64,000 nt of DNA from an uncultured Verrucomicrobiae bacterium (GTDB lineage Bacteria; Verrucomicrobiota; Verrucomicrobiia; Limisphaerales; Palsa-1400). The position numbers and the translations under genes were made by a program. Below, one piece after another: positions 1-9,783 of the stretch. The notes under the pieces are model-generated. The model did no database searches, was not told where the DNA came from, and saw only the letters and a list, made by a program, of their open reading frames with translations. How positions within the stretch are numbered: position 1 is the stretch's first letter; every line of letters begins with the position of its first letter. The stretch lies in NCBI GenBank assembly GCA_963707025.1, contig CAVPOM010000005.1:416001-480000 (forward strand). The letters are read 5' to 3'.

Positions 1-1464
1 CATGCCTCCGGGCTGCATGAGGATTTCGGACGGAATGGCTTGCAAGCGCGTGGCCGGGCCGGGAGCGGGCCACTTTTCCGCGACGGCGGGCCGGGCCGGG
101 GAATCGGGAGCTTTGGCCGGCCCGAAACAGTAAAGCTTTTTCGTCGTTTGCAGGTAGATTCTGCGGCGGTATGCAGTGGGCGTTCCGTAGCAACGGCCAT
201 CCAACACATATTGTGAAACAATTTTGCCTCCCTGATCGCTTGGCACGATCACATAGACCACGCCATGTCCTCCGCTGGCGCCTTGCTCGCTGGCGGCCGC
301 GGCCTCGGATGGGGCAAACACCATCGGAACGTAAAGCCTGCCATCGGCAAAAAGCGGCGAGGCGTTGCGCTGTTCGGTCCCCAACGGCAACCTCCACAAC
401 ACCGTTCCGGTCGAGGCGTCAACATCCACCAGTAATCCCACTTCGCTGGTCACAAAAATCCGGTCGCCCACCAGAATGGGCGAACTGGCCGAGGTGCGAA
501 TCTCATTGTTCCACAGTTCCACATTGGTGCGCGCTACCATCACCGGCTCCGGCCCGGTGGGAGTGACTTTGGGAATTCTCAGCGCGACCATCTGGCCCGG
601 CTCGTAGGGGGTGCCGTAAATGGCGATGATCTTCTCGTTGTTCTGCAGCAGCAGCGAGGAGTTGATGCCCGCTTTGAAAAGGGGAATGCGGAAAATCGGG
701 TCGCCCGTGCGGGCGTTGACACAGACGACCGCGCCGTCCCCGGTGGCCGTGTACAACACCCGTTTGCCATCCAGCCAGGCCAGGATGGGATGGGAGTAGG
801 AATTGTCCTTGGGGCGGTCGCCGGGGCTGGAGGTCCAGACCAGTTCGCCGGTTCTTTTGTCAAAGGCATAAAACCGGTCCGAGGCCGGGCCGTTGCCACC
901 CCAGTTGGCCGTAATGCCGCGCGTGATGACCAAATCCTGATCCACCACCGGCGAGGCGGTGCGGCCGTTGGGGAAAGTCAGCCGCCCGAATTCCTCCATC
1001 ATGGAATGTTCCCACAACTTTTTGCCGTCGGCGGTGTAGCCGGCGAAAATCCCCTGGCTGTCCTGCATATAGACATTGCCCGTCTCGGCATCAATCGCCG
1101 GGCTGGAAGTGGCGTAGCGCAGGTAAATGGTGTCGCTCAGAAAATCGGCGTAGAGGTGTTGCCAGAGGAGCTTGCCGGTCTCCGCCTCAAAACAGGATAC
1201 CCCCTCGTCCAAATCCGGCCCTTCTCCCAGGTAACCCAGGATGTAAAGCTTGCCGTCGGCGATGACCGGCGTGGACATGCCGGGAAAGTCCGCCGTCCAG
1301 AGGGTGTTGTTGGCGCCGATCGTGGCGGGGAGGTTCTTTTCGGGCGAATTGCCGTTTTGATTCGGCCCGCGCCAACTTAGCCAGCCCTCGGCGGCGGGCA
1401 GGGAGCCGGGCCACCACAGGGCCAGGCCGGCAAGGCCGGTGACAACCGAGATTTTAGCATTCAT
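1..1464 (-). CDS. PQQ-like beta-propeller secreted protein (runs off the window start)
   Basis: Translated by hand from ATG 1464: signal peptide MNAKISVVTGLAGLALWWPGSLPA, then WLSWRGPNQNG and repeated ETGKLLW/RTGELVW/STGTVLW propeller motifs. Open to position 1. Absent from the ORF track. Confidence 0.8.
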   Translation of the reverse strand, partial: MNAKISVVTGLAGLALWWPGSLPAAEGWLSWRGPNQNGNSPEKNLPATIGANNTLWTADFPGMSTPVIADGKLYILGYLGEGPDLDEGVSCFEAETGKLLWQHLYADFLSDTIYLRYATSSPAIDAETGNVYMQDSQGIFAGYTADGKKLWEHSMMEEFGRLTFPNGRTASPVVDQDLVITRGITANWGGNGPASDRFYAFDKRTGELVWTSSPGDRPKDNSYSHPILAWLDGKRVLYTATGDGAVVCVNARTGDPIFRIPLFKAGINSSLLLQNNEKIIAIYGTPYEPGQMVALRIPKVTPTGPEPVMVARTNVELWNNEIRTSASSPILVGDRIFVTSEVGLLVDVDASTGTVLWRLPLGTEQRNASPLFADGRLYVPMVFAPSEAAAASEQGASGGHGVVYVIVPSDQGGKIVSQYVLDGRCYGTPTAYRRRIYLQTTKKLYCFGPAKAPDSPARPAVAEKWPAPGPATRLQAIPSEILMQPGGM

Positions 1465-1564
1465 ATTCAACTGCCGGGCCGGACGGCTTGCGACTGCCGC
1501 GCGCGGCTTGGGCGACCACTCTGGTCTTTTGCGACCCGGCGAATATTCCCCAATTGCGCCGGAC

Positions 1565-1593
1565 TTGCAACTAATACTTACACGTATTATTAT
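1565..1593 (+). promoter_or_regulatory. sigma70 promoter with a palindromic operator upstream of marR
   Basis: TTGCAA-17nt-TATTAT, with TAATAC-N6-GTATTA (1572-1589) between and overlapping the hexamers. Confidence 0.55.
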
Positions 1594-1607
1594 TTCAACC
1601 GTCGCAG

Positions 1608-2144
1608 ATGGCAAGTCCCAAAATAAAATCCTGTTCCCTGCCAATTGACGCGCCCTCGCGCCGTCGTCTGCCCATTCTGCTGCGCCACGCCTGGTTCAGC
1701 CTCAACCAGGCTTTCCGCCGGCGCATCGCCCACACCGGAGTGACCCCGGACCAGTTCACCACCCTGCGGACGCTGGAGGAAAACGGCGCGCGGCCGCCGA
1801 CCCAGAGCGAATTGACGCGCCTGCTGGCCAGCGATCCCAACACCATCGCCTCCCTGCTCGAACGCATGGCGGCGGCGGGGTGGATTGCGCGGACCCGCCA
1901 CGAGCAGGACCGCCGCGCCTGGCGGATTTCGCTCTTGCCGGAGGGCCGCAAGAAATATCTGGAAGCGCGGCAAATTGCCGTGGCATTGCAAACCGAATTG
2001 CTCTCCGCATGGCCGGCGCGCCGGCGCGAGGAGTTCCTGGAAAACCTGCAAACGCTCGGCGACCGCTGCCGGGAGGCCGAGGAGGCCCCGAAAAAGAGGG
2101 GAAGGAAGAGGAGATTAGGGAAGGCGCCGAAAGGGCCTGGGTAG
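1608..2144 (+). CDS. MarR family transcriptional regulator
   Basis: GVTPDQFTTL...TQSELTRLL...LLERMAAAGWIAR...DRRAWRISLLPEG winged-helix pattern. Confidence 0.9.
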   Translation: MASPKIKSCSLPIDAPSRRRLPILLRHAWFSLNQAFRRRIAHTGVTPDQFTTLRTLEENGARPPTQSELTRLLASDPNTIASLLERMAAAGWIARTRHEQDRRAWRISLLPEGRKKYLEARQIAVALQTELLSAWPARRREEFLENLQTLGDRCREAEEAPKKRGRKRRLGKAPKGPG

Positions 2145-2205
2145 AAAAAGCAGGGTTCCTATACGTGCGGAAGCGATATTCAATAGGGCTTAAGCGATTT
2201 TTGAA

Positions 2206-4803
2206 TTATGTTGTTCTATCTTTCATCACGACACCCGTGGAAAGTGTGCTGCTGCCGGATTCGGGAAGCTCAAACAACACTTGGTCGCCAGGGCCTTGGT
2301 CCTCCTGCCGGCGGCTGTCTGGGCTCTTTCTCTTTCCCAACAACGACTCCAGCGCTGTTTGGGCTTTGCTCTTGGTGAACGCTTCCCGCAGCGCATTGAA
2401 GAAGGCCAGCGTCCAGTTGTCTTTCTCAAAGCGCTCGTTGAACAGGGGCGATTTCATCTTCCGCTCAAAATCCCTTCCCCGTTCATCGGGGATGACCATG
2501 GTTTTGGGGACCTTCTGAGGAAGATTGGAACCGCGTTGCAAGCCGCTGGTCATGCTGGTCGTGCATTCCACTTCAAACGCGCGGACAACTTCGTTGCCAT
2601 CCAGCCAAAGCAAGTCCATGTTGAGAACCGTACCGAGTTCTTTCACGCCGATTAATGAAGCGGGTTTTTTAGTGACGAGATCGCGCAATTGCACCCGCTC
2701 CACCACCCCGGTCGCCGTATCGCGCTGTTCGCGTTGGCCAATCCAAATGGAATATCCGCGCGCTTCGCCAATCTTCGCCAGCAGCGCAATCACTTCGCTG
2801 TGGCGCGACAGGCTCAATCGGATTTCTTCCTTTAACATCCACGCGCCACCGCTGGCCTTGCGGCCAAAGATTTCCAGCGCCTCAGCGATGCTGGTGCTGT
2901 CGGAAGTGAGCGAGTTGGGAAATTCCCGCGCGACTGTGTCCCATACCTCCGTGAAAGTTACGCGGCCTTTGTCGTGCAGGCACCGAAAGACCGTCTCTTC
3001 GACGCGCTCCGTCAGCGGAATGGCTTGCAGCCGCGCGGCAAATGTCTTGTCCGCAAACCACCACAGTTTGCCCACTGCGCCACCGAGTTTTGCTTCCACC
3101 AGTTCAAATTCTTTGCCGATACTTTCTTCCAGCACGGTTTTCACGTCCAGGCCCGTTTGCATCGTGCCGAACAGCCCGCGCTTGGCCAGCACCGGGTCAA
3201 CCTGGTTGAGGAGAATCGTGTAAGGCGTCGGTTCGGCGCGGGTGGCGATGACTTCACGGCAGGTTTCAATCACGATGCGGCGAAAACGCTCTTCGCTGAT
3301 CTCTTCCATCTGGCGCGCTGGCCGGGCGGTTTTGGCGAAACGCAGATAAAAGTCGCCCTGCGCGCTGCCGAACGGCTGCATCATGGCCTTGGCTGAAACC
3401 TGGCCTAGTGGTTGATGATGGATGTGTTCGTAATCAAAACCGGCGAAAACTCCCGCCCGCACCGTGGCGTTGCGGACCATAAACGTCGGGTTATGAAACG
3501 TCAGCGTGAGAATACGTTCCGGCCGCAAGACGCGGTACATGCCTTGCATGCTGGTGTTCAACAGCGCGTAATAGAGATCAAACGGCTTTTTTTGGCGCTC
3601 ATTGCGCACGATTTCATGCACCGAAATCCTCTCGGCATAGAGATAGTCTTTCTTGAGCCAGGCGTTCCAGAGAAAAGAAAGCTCGCCGTATTGGATGGAG
3701 GCATCGTAAGGCGGGTCGGTGAAGATGTAGTCCACACACTCGTCGCGCATCTTTTTCATCAACTCTACGCAGTCCTCATTGACGACAGCGATGTCGGCTT
3801 CACCATCGAGGACTTTCTTCCAGTCGTCCGTGACCTTGACGTCCCCCAGCTTTTCATTGCTCTCGTTTTTGGCGTGGATGATTCCCTGATGACCAGTGAC
3901 TGCGCTCTCAAATTTCTCCCACGCATTTGACTCAAGGTATCGGGGTGCCGACCAATAACTGTGTTGCGTCCATGTGGAACTGAAAGCGGTTTGGTGGTTG
4001 CCTTCGCCCGGTGAGAGGGCCGGACACATCCGCGTGCAGAGATGGATCATGGAGGTGAACGCGCCGAACAGAAACTTCCGCAACTGCGGGCTGTTCTCCT
4101 GCTCAATAGCTTCATAGATCATCGCCGCCGCGCGCAAGTTGCGTTTCGTGAAAAGCTGGTCGAGCGAATCGAAACGCTCCTTTTTCATGAAAGGTGTGCC
4201 GTCGTCGTAGTAAAGTTGGTTCTTCGGATACCACTCCTTGATGCGTTTGGCCTCGAGTTCGGCCAAGGCGTCCAGGTCTTCCTTGCAAGGCTTGCAGCCG
4301 GTTTCGCAGCGATGCTCACAATGCGGACAACTTTTGTACCGGATTTCGACCAGTTCATTGCCCTCGCGCACACAACAATCGGCCACCAGCGGCTGGCCGC
4401 ACTTGAGGCAGTGAACCGTGTAGAGCGCGGCCACCCGTTGCTGCACGCGCTCACGCACCCGCTCGAAGGCTTCAAGGAGTTTCAGCGTGTCCACGCGTCG
4501 CAGCGTCAGTTCAGTGATTTGGCTGGCCGCCGGATTGAGGTCGCACACGATGGCCCGGCGTTTGTGGCGCGCGGCCTCGATGGCCACCACGCCGCTGCCG
4601 GCGAAGGGGTCAAAGACAATCTGGTGCGGTTTGGTGTAAGCCTGGATATGTTCGCCGACCACGTTCCAAGTCTTGCGCGACCAATACTTGTGCCAGACGT
4701 ACATGGCCGTGTGCGGCTCCGGCGGAATCTGCCGGTTGATGTCCTCGAAAGCGGGCGGACTGATTCTGCCGATTTTGGCGCGGGCCAGTTCACGAGTTTT
4801 CAT
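2206..4803 (-). CDS. Amino-DNA methyltransferase with Zn-ribbon insert and C-terminal PD-(D/E)xK-like nuclease domain
   Basis: Motif I DPFAGSG, CLKC/CPHC pairs, motif IV TDPPY; C-terminal MDLLW...AFEVECTTSMTSGLQR. Confidence 0.8.
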   Translation of the reverse strand: MKTRELARAKIGRISPPAFEDINRQIPPEPHTAMYVWHKYWSRKTWNVVGEHIQAYTKPHQIVFDPFAGSGVVAIEAARHKRRAIVCDLNPAASQITELTLRRVDTLKLLEAFERVRERVQQRVAALYTVHCLKCGQPLVADCCVREGNELVEIRYKSCPHCEHRCETGCKPCKEDLDALAELEAKRIKEWYPKNQLYYDDGTPFMKKERFDSLDQLFTKRNLRAAAMIYEAIEQENSPQLRKFLFGAFTSMIHLCTRMCPALSPGEGNHQTAFSSTWTQHSYWSAPRYLESNAWEKFESAVTGHQGIIHAKNESNEKLGDVKVTDDWKKVLDGEADIAVVNEDCVELMKKMRDECVDYIFTDPPYDASIQYGELSFLWNAWLKKDYLYAERISVHEIVRNERQKKPFDLYYALLNTSMQGMYRVLRPERILTLTFHNPTFMVRNATVRAGVFAGFDYEHIHHQPLGQVSAKAMMQPFGSAQGDFYLRFAKTARPARQMEEISEERFRRIVIETCREVIATRAEPTPYTILLNQVDPVLAKRGLFGTMQTGLDVKTVLEESIGKEFELVEAKLGGAVGKLWWFADKTFAARLQAIPLTERVEETVFRCLHDKGRVTFTEVWDTVAREFPNSLTSDSTSIAEALEIFGRKASGGAWMLKEEIRLSLSRHSEVIALLAKIGEARGYSIWIGQREQRDTATGVVERVQLRDLVTKKPASLIGVKELGTVLNMDLLWLDGNEVVRAFEVECTTSMTSGLQRGSNLPQKVPKTMVIPDERGRDFERKMKSPLFNERFEKDNWTLAFFNALREAFTKSKAQTALESLLGKRKSPDSRRQEDQGPGDQVLFELPESGSSTLSTGVVMKDRTT

Positions 4804-5079
4804 CAGGTGTCGCGGGCGACTTCTTTCAGCAATCTTTGACAGATTTCATATGCGGCGGCGAGCCGAATCGCGCGCACCTCCTTAATGCCCTTGATTTGCG
4901 GCCACCTCGTCGAGCGGCCGATTCATCAGTCCGGCCAGCGTGCCGTATTGATCGAGCAGCGCCTTGGCACTGTCGAGCGCCGAATAACCCCGCCCCCCGC
5001 TGCCGAGCAGAATGGCCAGCAGTTCCGCGTCCGAGCAACTTCCCGCCCCCATTTCCAAAAGTGTCCGCCCCGGTTTCAT
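4803..5079 (-). CDS. RadC/UPF0758 N-terminal (HhH) domain-only protein; one extra base near 4899
   Basis: MKPGRTLLEMGAGSCSDAELLAILLGSG...PLDEVA continues after a 1-nt shift as QIKGIKEVRAIRLAAAYEICQRL...*. Its TGA overlaps the methylase ATG (TGATG). No JAB domain. Confidence 0.7.
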
Positions 5080-5147
5080 ACAGAAAGAAAACGCCAGGCG
5101 GCGGGCCGAAACAAGAGGTATTGTTGAAATTTGAAATGGACAGCGCC

Positions 5148-6371
5148 TCAATGCCCCTTCACATCCAAACAAACCAGGTCCCCTTTGTTGTTGCGGCAAT
5201 AGATGCGGCCGTTGGCCAGGGTGGGAGCGGTCCAGCAACTGGCGCCAATGACCTGGGCGCGGGAAATGGGCACGAACGATTCCGGCGAAACCTCGCCGAC
5301 CACCAGTTCCCCTTTGTCGCTCAACATGATGATTTTGTGATCGGCCACGATGAAGCCGCCGCCGCCCAACCCCGGGAAACTCCATTTTTGAGCGCCGGTG
5401 GCGAATTCCAGGCATCGCAAACTGACCGCGCCGAAATTGACCGAGCCAGCCACGCCATATAAATAGCCGTCAATAAGAACGGATGCATTGATGTGGTTGG
5501 CGAAACTGCGGCTGTCCCAAACTTGGGCGGCGTTGGTGCCATCCCAGCGGGCCATGACCCCGCCTTGGCCGTAGGCGGCGGAGATGAAAAAGTCGTTGTT
5601 GGAAACAATCACGTCGGCGATGTTAAGCTGGTCCTGCGTTTTAAAGGGAAAACTCCAGATTTGTTTGCCGGATTTTGTCTCCACCCCATAGGCCGTGTCC
5701 GCCGAAAGAATGGCCACGGCGGGCGTGCCGTTGAACGAACAGGGAACCGGCGTGGAATATCCCGCCACCGCCTTGTTTGAATTCCAGACGACCTTGCCGG
5801 TCGCTTTATCCACGGCCGTGCCGGAACCGCCGACATCCAGCACCAGCAGATTATCCTGCACCAGGGCCGAAGTGGCGAATCCCCATTTTGGCCGGGCCGC
5901 GCCCAGGTCTCCGGCAAGATTGTTGGACCAGGCCACGACGCCGCTTGACGTTTCCAAGGCATACAGGCAGCCGTCTCCGCTCATCAGATAAACCCGGTTG
6001 CCGTCAATGGTGGCCGAACCGCTCGTGCCGCCAAGTCCTTTAGGACCATTATAGACGGAATACAGATCGCTGGGGTAGGAAAACTTCCAGAGATTGCTGC
6101 CCGTCTCCGCGTCCAAACAATAAAGCGTGGCGGTGGCCTCGTTGTTGCCGCTGGCGTAAGCCCGCCCCTGCGCGACCGTGATAGAGGCATAGCCAACGCC
6201 CACGGAAGCTTTCCAAAGTGGTTTGGGTCCTTCCTCCGGCCATTTTACCAGCCATCCCGTCTCCGGCGAAATGCCGTTGTGATTGGGGCCGCGAAAGTTC
6301 GGCCAATCCGCGGCCCGCGCGGTGGCGCAAGACAGGCCGGCGGCCAAGGCCAGGGAAAAGATTTTGTTCAT
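5148..6371 (-). CDS. PQQ-like beta-propeller (BamB-like) secreted protein
   Basis: Signal peptide, DWPNFRGPNHNG, repeated DAETG..W motifs, ends GDLVCLDV. Confidence 0.85.
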   Translation of the reverse strand: MNKIFSLALAAGLSCATARAADWPNFRGPNHNGISPETGWLVKWPEEGPKPLWKASVGVGYASITVAQGRAYASGNNEATATLYCLDAETGSNLWKFSYPSDLYSVYNGPKGLGGTSGSATIDGNRVYLMSGDGCLYALETSSGVVAWSNNLAGDLGAARPKWGFATSALVQDNLLVLDVGGSGTAVDKATGKVVWNSNKAVAGYSTPVPCSFNGTPAVAILSADTAYGVETKSGKQIWSFPFKTQDQLNIADVIVSNNDFFISAAYGQGGVMARWDGTNAAQVWDSRSFANHINASVLIDGYLYGVAGSVNFGAVSLRCLEFATGAQKWSFPGLGGGGFIVADHKIIMLSDKGELVVGEVSPESFVPISRAQVIGASCWTAPTLANGRIYCRNNKGDLVCLDVKGH

Positions 6372-6452
6372 CAGGGAAGGCTGGCCATAACCAGGCGTGA
6401 TGTCAACCCGGCGCCACCATTCCGGCGGCCTGCGCCATCGGGAAGCAGGAAA

Positions 6453-6764
6453 CTACTGGCGCGCCCGGCAGAACTCCCGCAAGACTTCGCCCTCGGCTCT
6501 GAGCCAGTCGGAAAGGGGAGCCTGTTGACCGCCACCGCCTTGCCGCCAAAGCTCGTAAGCGCGCCTCTCAATTTGTGTCTGCACCCGCAAGTGTTCTTCC
6601 ACGGTGAAAGGAGGACGGCCGCCTCCGCCCTCCGGCCTGCCAACGCTCTCCCGGCACTGTCTCCCGCCGCGGTGCGGAAGTCCGCGATTTTCGCCGACGT
6701 AAAGAAACCAACCCGGAGCAACCGGCCTGCCTTTGGCTTGAAAGAGCGCGCTCATATATTCCAT
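6453..6764 (-). CDS. DUF2934-like small protein (start uncertain)
   Basis: IERRAYELWRQGG...DWLRAEGEV. Confidence 0.6.
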   Translation of the reverse strand: MEYMSALFQAKGRPVAPGWFLYVGENRGLPHRGGRQCRESVGRPEGGGGRPPFTVEEHLRVQTQIERRAYELWRQGGGGQQAPLSDWLRAEGEVLREFCRARQ

Positions 6765-7040
6765 TGGACAAACCGAACATTAACCGAGGATGAAAAAAAG
6801 ATTAAAATCTCCGCCGGCACAAACCGCCCCGACCTCCAGGCCTCCCGCATCATCGGCGGCCTCCGCGGCTGGTTCAGCCAAGGGTGGCCAGGCAGGACCC
6901 GCCCACTCCGTCCGCCAGTCGCCGGCGGAGGCGGCCGGGACGGTGGCGTTTTATAATAAATTGCTAAGGATCGTGGTTGGCATTTAATTTTTCAGATTTT
7001 CCTTGCATTCGCCAGCAGATTCCCTAATCTTCCCGCAGGT

Positions 7041-7738
7041 ATGGGCAATGGAGTGAGTATGGCAGGCGACCGCAGGGCGGGTTGGGCTTCGGCGGGTTCA
7101 TCCGGATCGGGGGATTCGGACGCGCCAGGGAGGCGTTTAATCCACATCCCGGTAATTCACAGCCAGGCGGAGATGGGCAGCCTGAGTCCCACCATTCAAG
7201 CGATCACCGTGCAGAAGCTGGGGACCAAAGGCTGGGAGCGCAACCTCAGCTTGATTGACGGCATCTGGACGCAAATTGAGGAGGCGATTGGCCATTGGTC
7301 CCTGCCCTACGACAAAGTGCGCCTCTACCAGGATGGCTTGCCGGTGTGCGGGCGGGAACTGGAGATTGTCTCCGACTTGGCCAAGGCGGGCAGCCGCAAC
7401 CACCAACTGCTCCTGCGCTTGCAGAAACACGGCGCCACCCTGATGGGAACCGAATCGGCGGCCTGCTGGTGCAGGAGTATCATCTGATCAAACAAACGCT
7501 GGCGGCCAACGACCCGGCCCACGCGCCGCCCCGCCAGGCGCCCCACCCGGATGGCGGCCATTCCTTGCTCCAACGCCGCGACCAAGCCATCGCGCAACGG
7601 ATCAACCACACCCTGCGCCGGGGTGAAATCGGCCTGTTGTTTTTGGGAATGTTACATTCGTTGGAGGGCTGGCTGGCCCGGGATATCCAGGTTACCCATC
7701 CGCTTTATCCGCCGTCTTTGGGGGGACCTTGTCCATGA
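7041..7738 (+). CDS. Conserved hypothetical protein heading the gas-vesicle regulatory operon; frameshift near 7460
   Basis: LIHIPVIHSQAEMG...LYQDGLPVCG...LMGTES joins LLVQEYHLIK...RRDQAIAQRI...LLFLGMLH in another frame. Stop overlaps the next ATG (ATGA). Confidence 0.6.
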
Positions 7739-9153
7739 CCAATGGAAAAAGCAAGGTTCTCGTGGTGGATGACGAGGAGGCGATCTGCCGGTTGATCTCC
7801 CACTTGTTGGAGCAGGAGGGCCTTGTCCCGCTGGTCGCGCTGGACGGAAAGACGGCCCTGCAACAACTGCGCAGCGCCGTGCCGGACACCATGATTGTGG
7901 ACCTGAAGCTGCCGGATTTGGACGGGCTGGAAATCCTGCGGCAGGCCAAAGCCCTGGATGCGGATCTGCCGGTGGTGATTCTGACCGCCCATGCCAAAGT
8001 CCACGGCGCGGTGGAGGCGATGCGGGCGGCCGCTTTCGATTATCTGGCCAAACCTTACGACCATCAGGAACTGCTCCGGGTCGTCCACCGCGCCCTGGCC
8101 CAACGGCAACTGAGCCTGAAGATCAAGCAACTCGCCGGCCAGACCTGCGCCAGCCATGATCTGACCGAAATCATGGGGCCGAGCGAAGCCATCGGCCGGC
8201 TGATTGCCGACCTGAACTGCGTCGCCAAATCCAACTTCAGCGTCGTCATCATCGGCGAAACCGGCTCCGGCAAGGAAGTCGTCGCCCAAGCCATTCATGG
8301 CAGCGGCCCCCGCGCCAAAGGCCCCTTTGTGCCAGTGGATACGGGCGCGATTCCGTACACCCTGTTTGAGGCGGAATTGTTCGGGCACGAAAAGGGGGCC
8401 TTCACCGGCGCCGCCGGCCGCAAGCCGGGCCGATTCGAGCAGGCCGGCGGCGGCACGCTCTTCCTGGACGAGATTTTGAACATGCCGCTGACCGCGCAGG
8501 CCAAAGTGCTGCGGGCGCTGCAAGAAAAATCCTTTTGCCGGGTCGGCGGCACCCAGCCGATCAAGATTGACGTGCGGGTGCTGGCGGCGGGCAACCAGGA
8601 TTTGGATGCGGCCGTGGCGGGGGGGCGCTTGCGGGCGGACTTGTTCTATCGGTTGAACGAGTTCACGCTGCGGATTCCGCCGCTCCGGGAGCGCAAGGAC
8701 GACCTGCTCTACCTGGCCAAACGCTTCCTGGATTTGACCGACCAGGAATTGAAAAAAACGGTGCTCGGATTTTCCGAGCCGGCCATGCAGGCCCTCCTCA
8801 ATTACCCGTGGCCGGGGAACGTCCGGCAACTGCGCTCCACCATCCGGCGGGCGGTGCTCCTGGCCGGCGAGGTGGTGACCGAGCAGCATTTGGATGTTCT
8901 TCAGGAGAACCATGAGCCGGGGCGGCCGGCCGCCCCGCCCGCCCAGGCGCAAGGCGCCCCCGCCGCCAAGCTTTCGCTCAAGGAAATCGTGGCGCAAAGC
9001 AGGACGGTTGTGGAGCGCGAGGTCTTGTTGCAAACCTTGCGTCAAACCGGCGGCAACAAAGCCAGGGCCGCCCGCCTGCTGCAAGTGGACTACAAAACCA
9101 TCCAGTCGAAGATCAAACACTACGGGATCAGCCCCAACAGGGAAACACTATGA
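7735..9153 (+). CDS. sigma54-dependent response regulator (NtrC family; GvrA-like)
   Basis: Receiver VLVVDDE, GETGSGKE, ELFGHEKGAFTGA, WPGNVRQL, Fis-type HTH. Confidence 0.92.
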   Translation: MTNGKSKVLVVDDEEAICRLISHLLEQEGLVPLVALDGKTALQQLRSAVPDTMIVDLKLPDLDGLEILRQAKALDADLPVVILTAHAKVHGAVEAMRAAAFDYLAKPYDHQELLRVVHRALAQRQLSLKIKQLAGQTCASHDLTEIMGPSEAIGRLIADLNCVAKSNFSVVIIGETGSGKEVVAQAIHGSGPRAKGPFVPVDTGAIPYTLFEAELFGHEKGAFTGAAGRKPGRFEQAGGGTLFLDEILNMPLTAQAKVLRALQEKSFCRVGGTQPIKIDVRVLAAGNQDLDAAVAGGRLRADLFYRLNEFTLRIPPLRERKDDLLYLAKRFLDLTDQELKKTVLGFSEPAMQALLNYPWPGNVRQLRSTIRRAVLLAGEVVTEQHLDVLQENHEPGRPAAPPAQAQGAPAAKLSLKEIVAQSRTVVEREVLLQTLRQTGGNKARAARLLQVDYKTIQSKIKHYGISPNRETL

Positions 9154-9671
9154 AGAAAAAAAACACGGATAAAAACCCACCCCAGGGCCAGGCCGGCGGC
9201 AATGTCGGCGGCATCCTCTCCGGACTGACCGGCCTGGTGGACAAGCTCAACGAACTGGCGGAAACGGGCGCCGTACTGCGGCGCGGCGGCGAAATTCACG
9301 GCGCCGGCCAGGGGCTTAAAGGCATCTACGGCTTTACGGTCAAGGTCGGCTTGGGCGACCAGGCCGCGCGCGTCGAGCCGTTCGGGAACATTCGCACCGA
9401 CAAAACCACCGGCCGGCCGGTGGTGGAGGAAATCCGGGAACCGGTGGTGGACCTGTTCGAGGAGCCGGACCACCTTCTCATTGTGGCCGAAATGCCGGGC
9501 ATCGGGGCGCCCGACGTGCGCCTCGAAGTCAAGGACGACGTGCTGACCATCACGGCGGCCAAAGGCGATAAAAAGTACCGCAAAGAGGTGCTCCTGCCCG
9601 GCAGTTATCCCAGGGAAAAAATGGGCCTCTCCTGCAACAACGGAGTGCTGGAAATCAAGTGTCTCAAATGA
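9150..9671 (+). CDS. gvpH: Hsp20/alpha-crystallin protein (GvpH-like)
   Basis: GIYGFTVKVG, EPFGN, EPVVDLFEE...VAEMPG...NNGVLEI; gas-vesicle context. Confidence 0.75.
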   Translation: MKKKNTDKNPPQGQAGGNVGGILSGLTGLVDKLNELAETGAVLRRGGEIHGAGQGLKGIYGFTVKVGLGDQAARVEPFGNIRTDKTTGRPVVEEIREPVVDLFEEPDHLLIVAEMPGIGAPDVRLEVKDDVLTITAAKGDKKYRKEVLLPGSYPREKMGLSCNNGVLEIKCLK

Positions 9672-9783
9672 AAGGCGGCGCCCTGATTTGAAGGTGGCAG
9701 CGTCGGCGCGCTGCGCCGATTTCGAGCCGCAGGCTCGACTCCACGCCAGATCAGGACACGGCCAAATGAAGGGAACCTGACGT

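Noticed and set aside
6790..6987. 65-aa small ORF
   Set aside because: Low complexity with no recognisable motif; cannot be supported.
9690..9760. Short GC hairpins between gvpH and CDC48 (also ~19770-19810)
   Set aside because: May be degenerate REP-like remnants, but no clear second copy or terminator U-tract.
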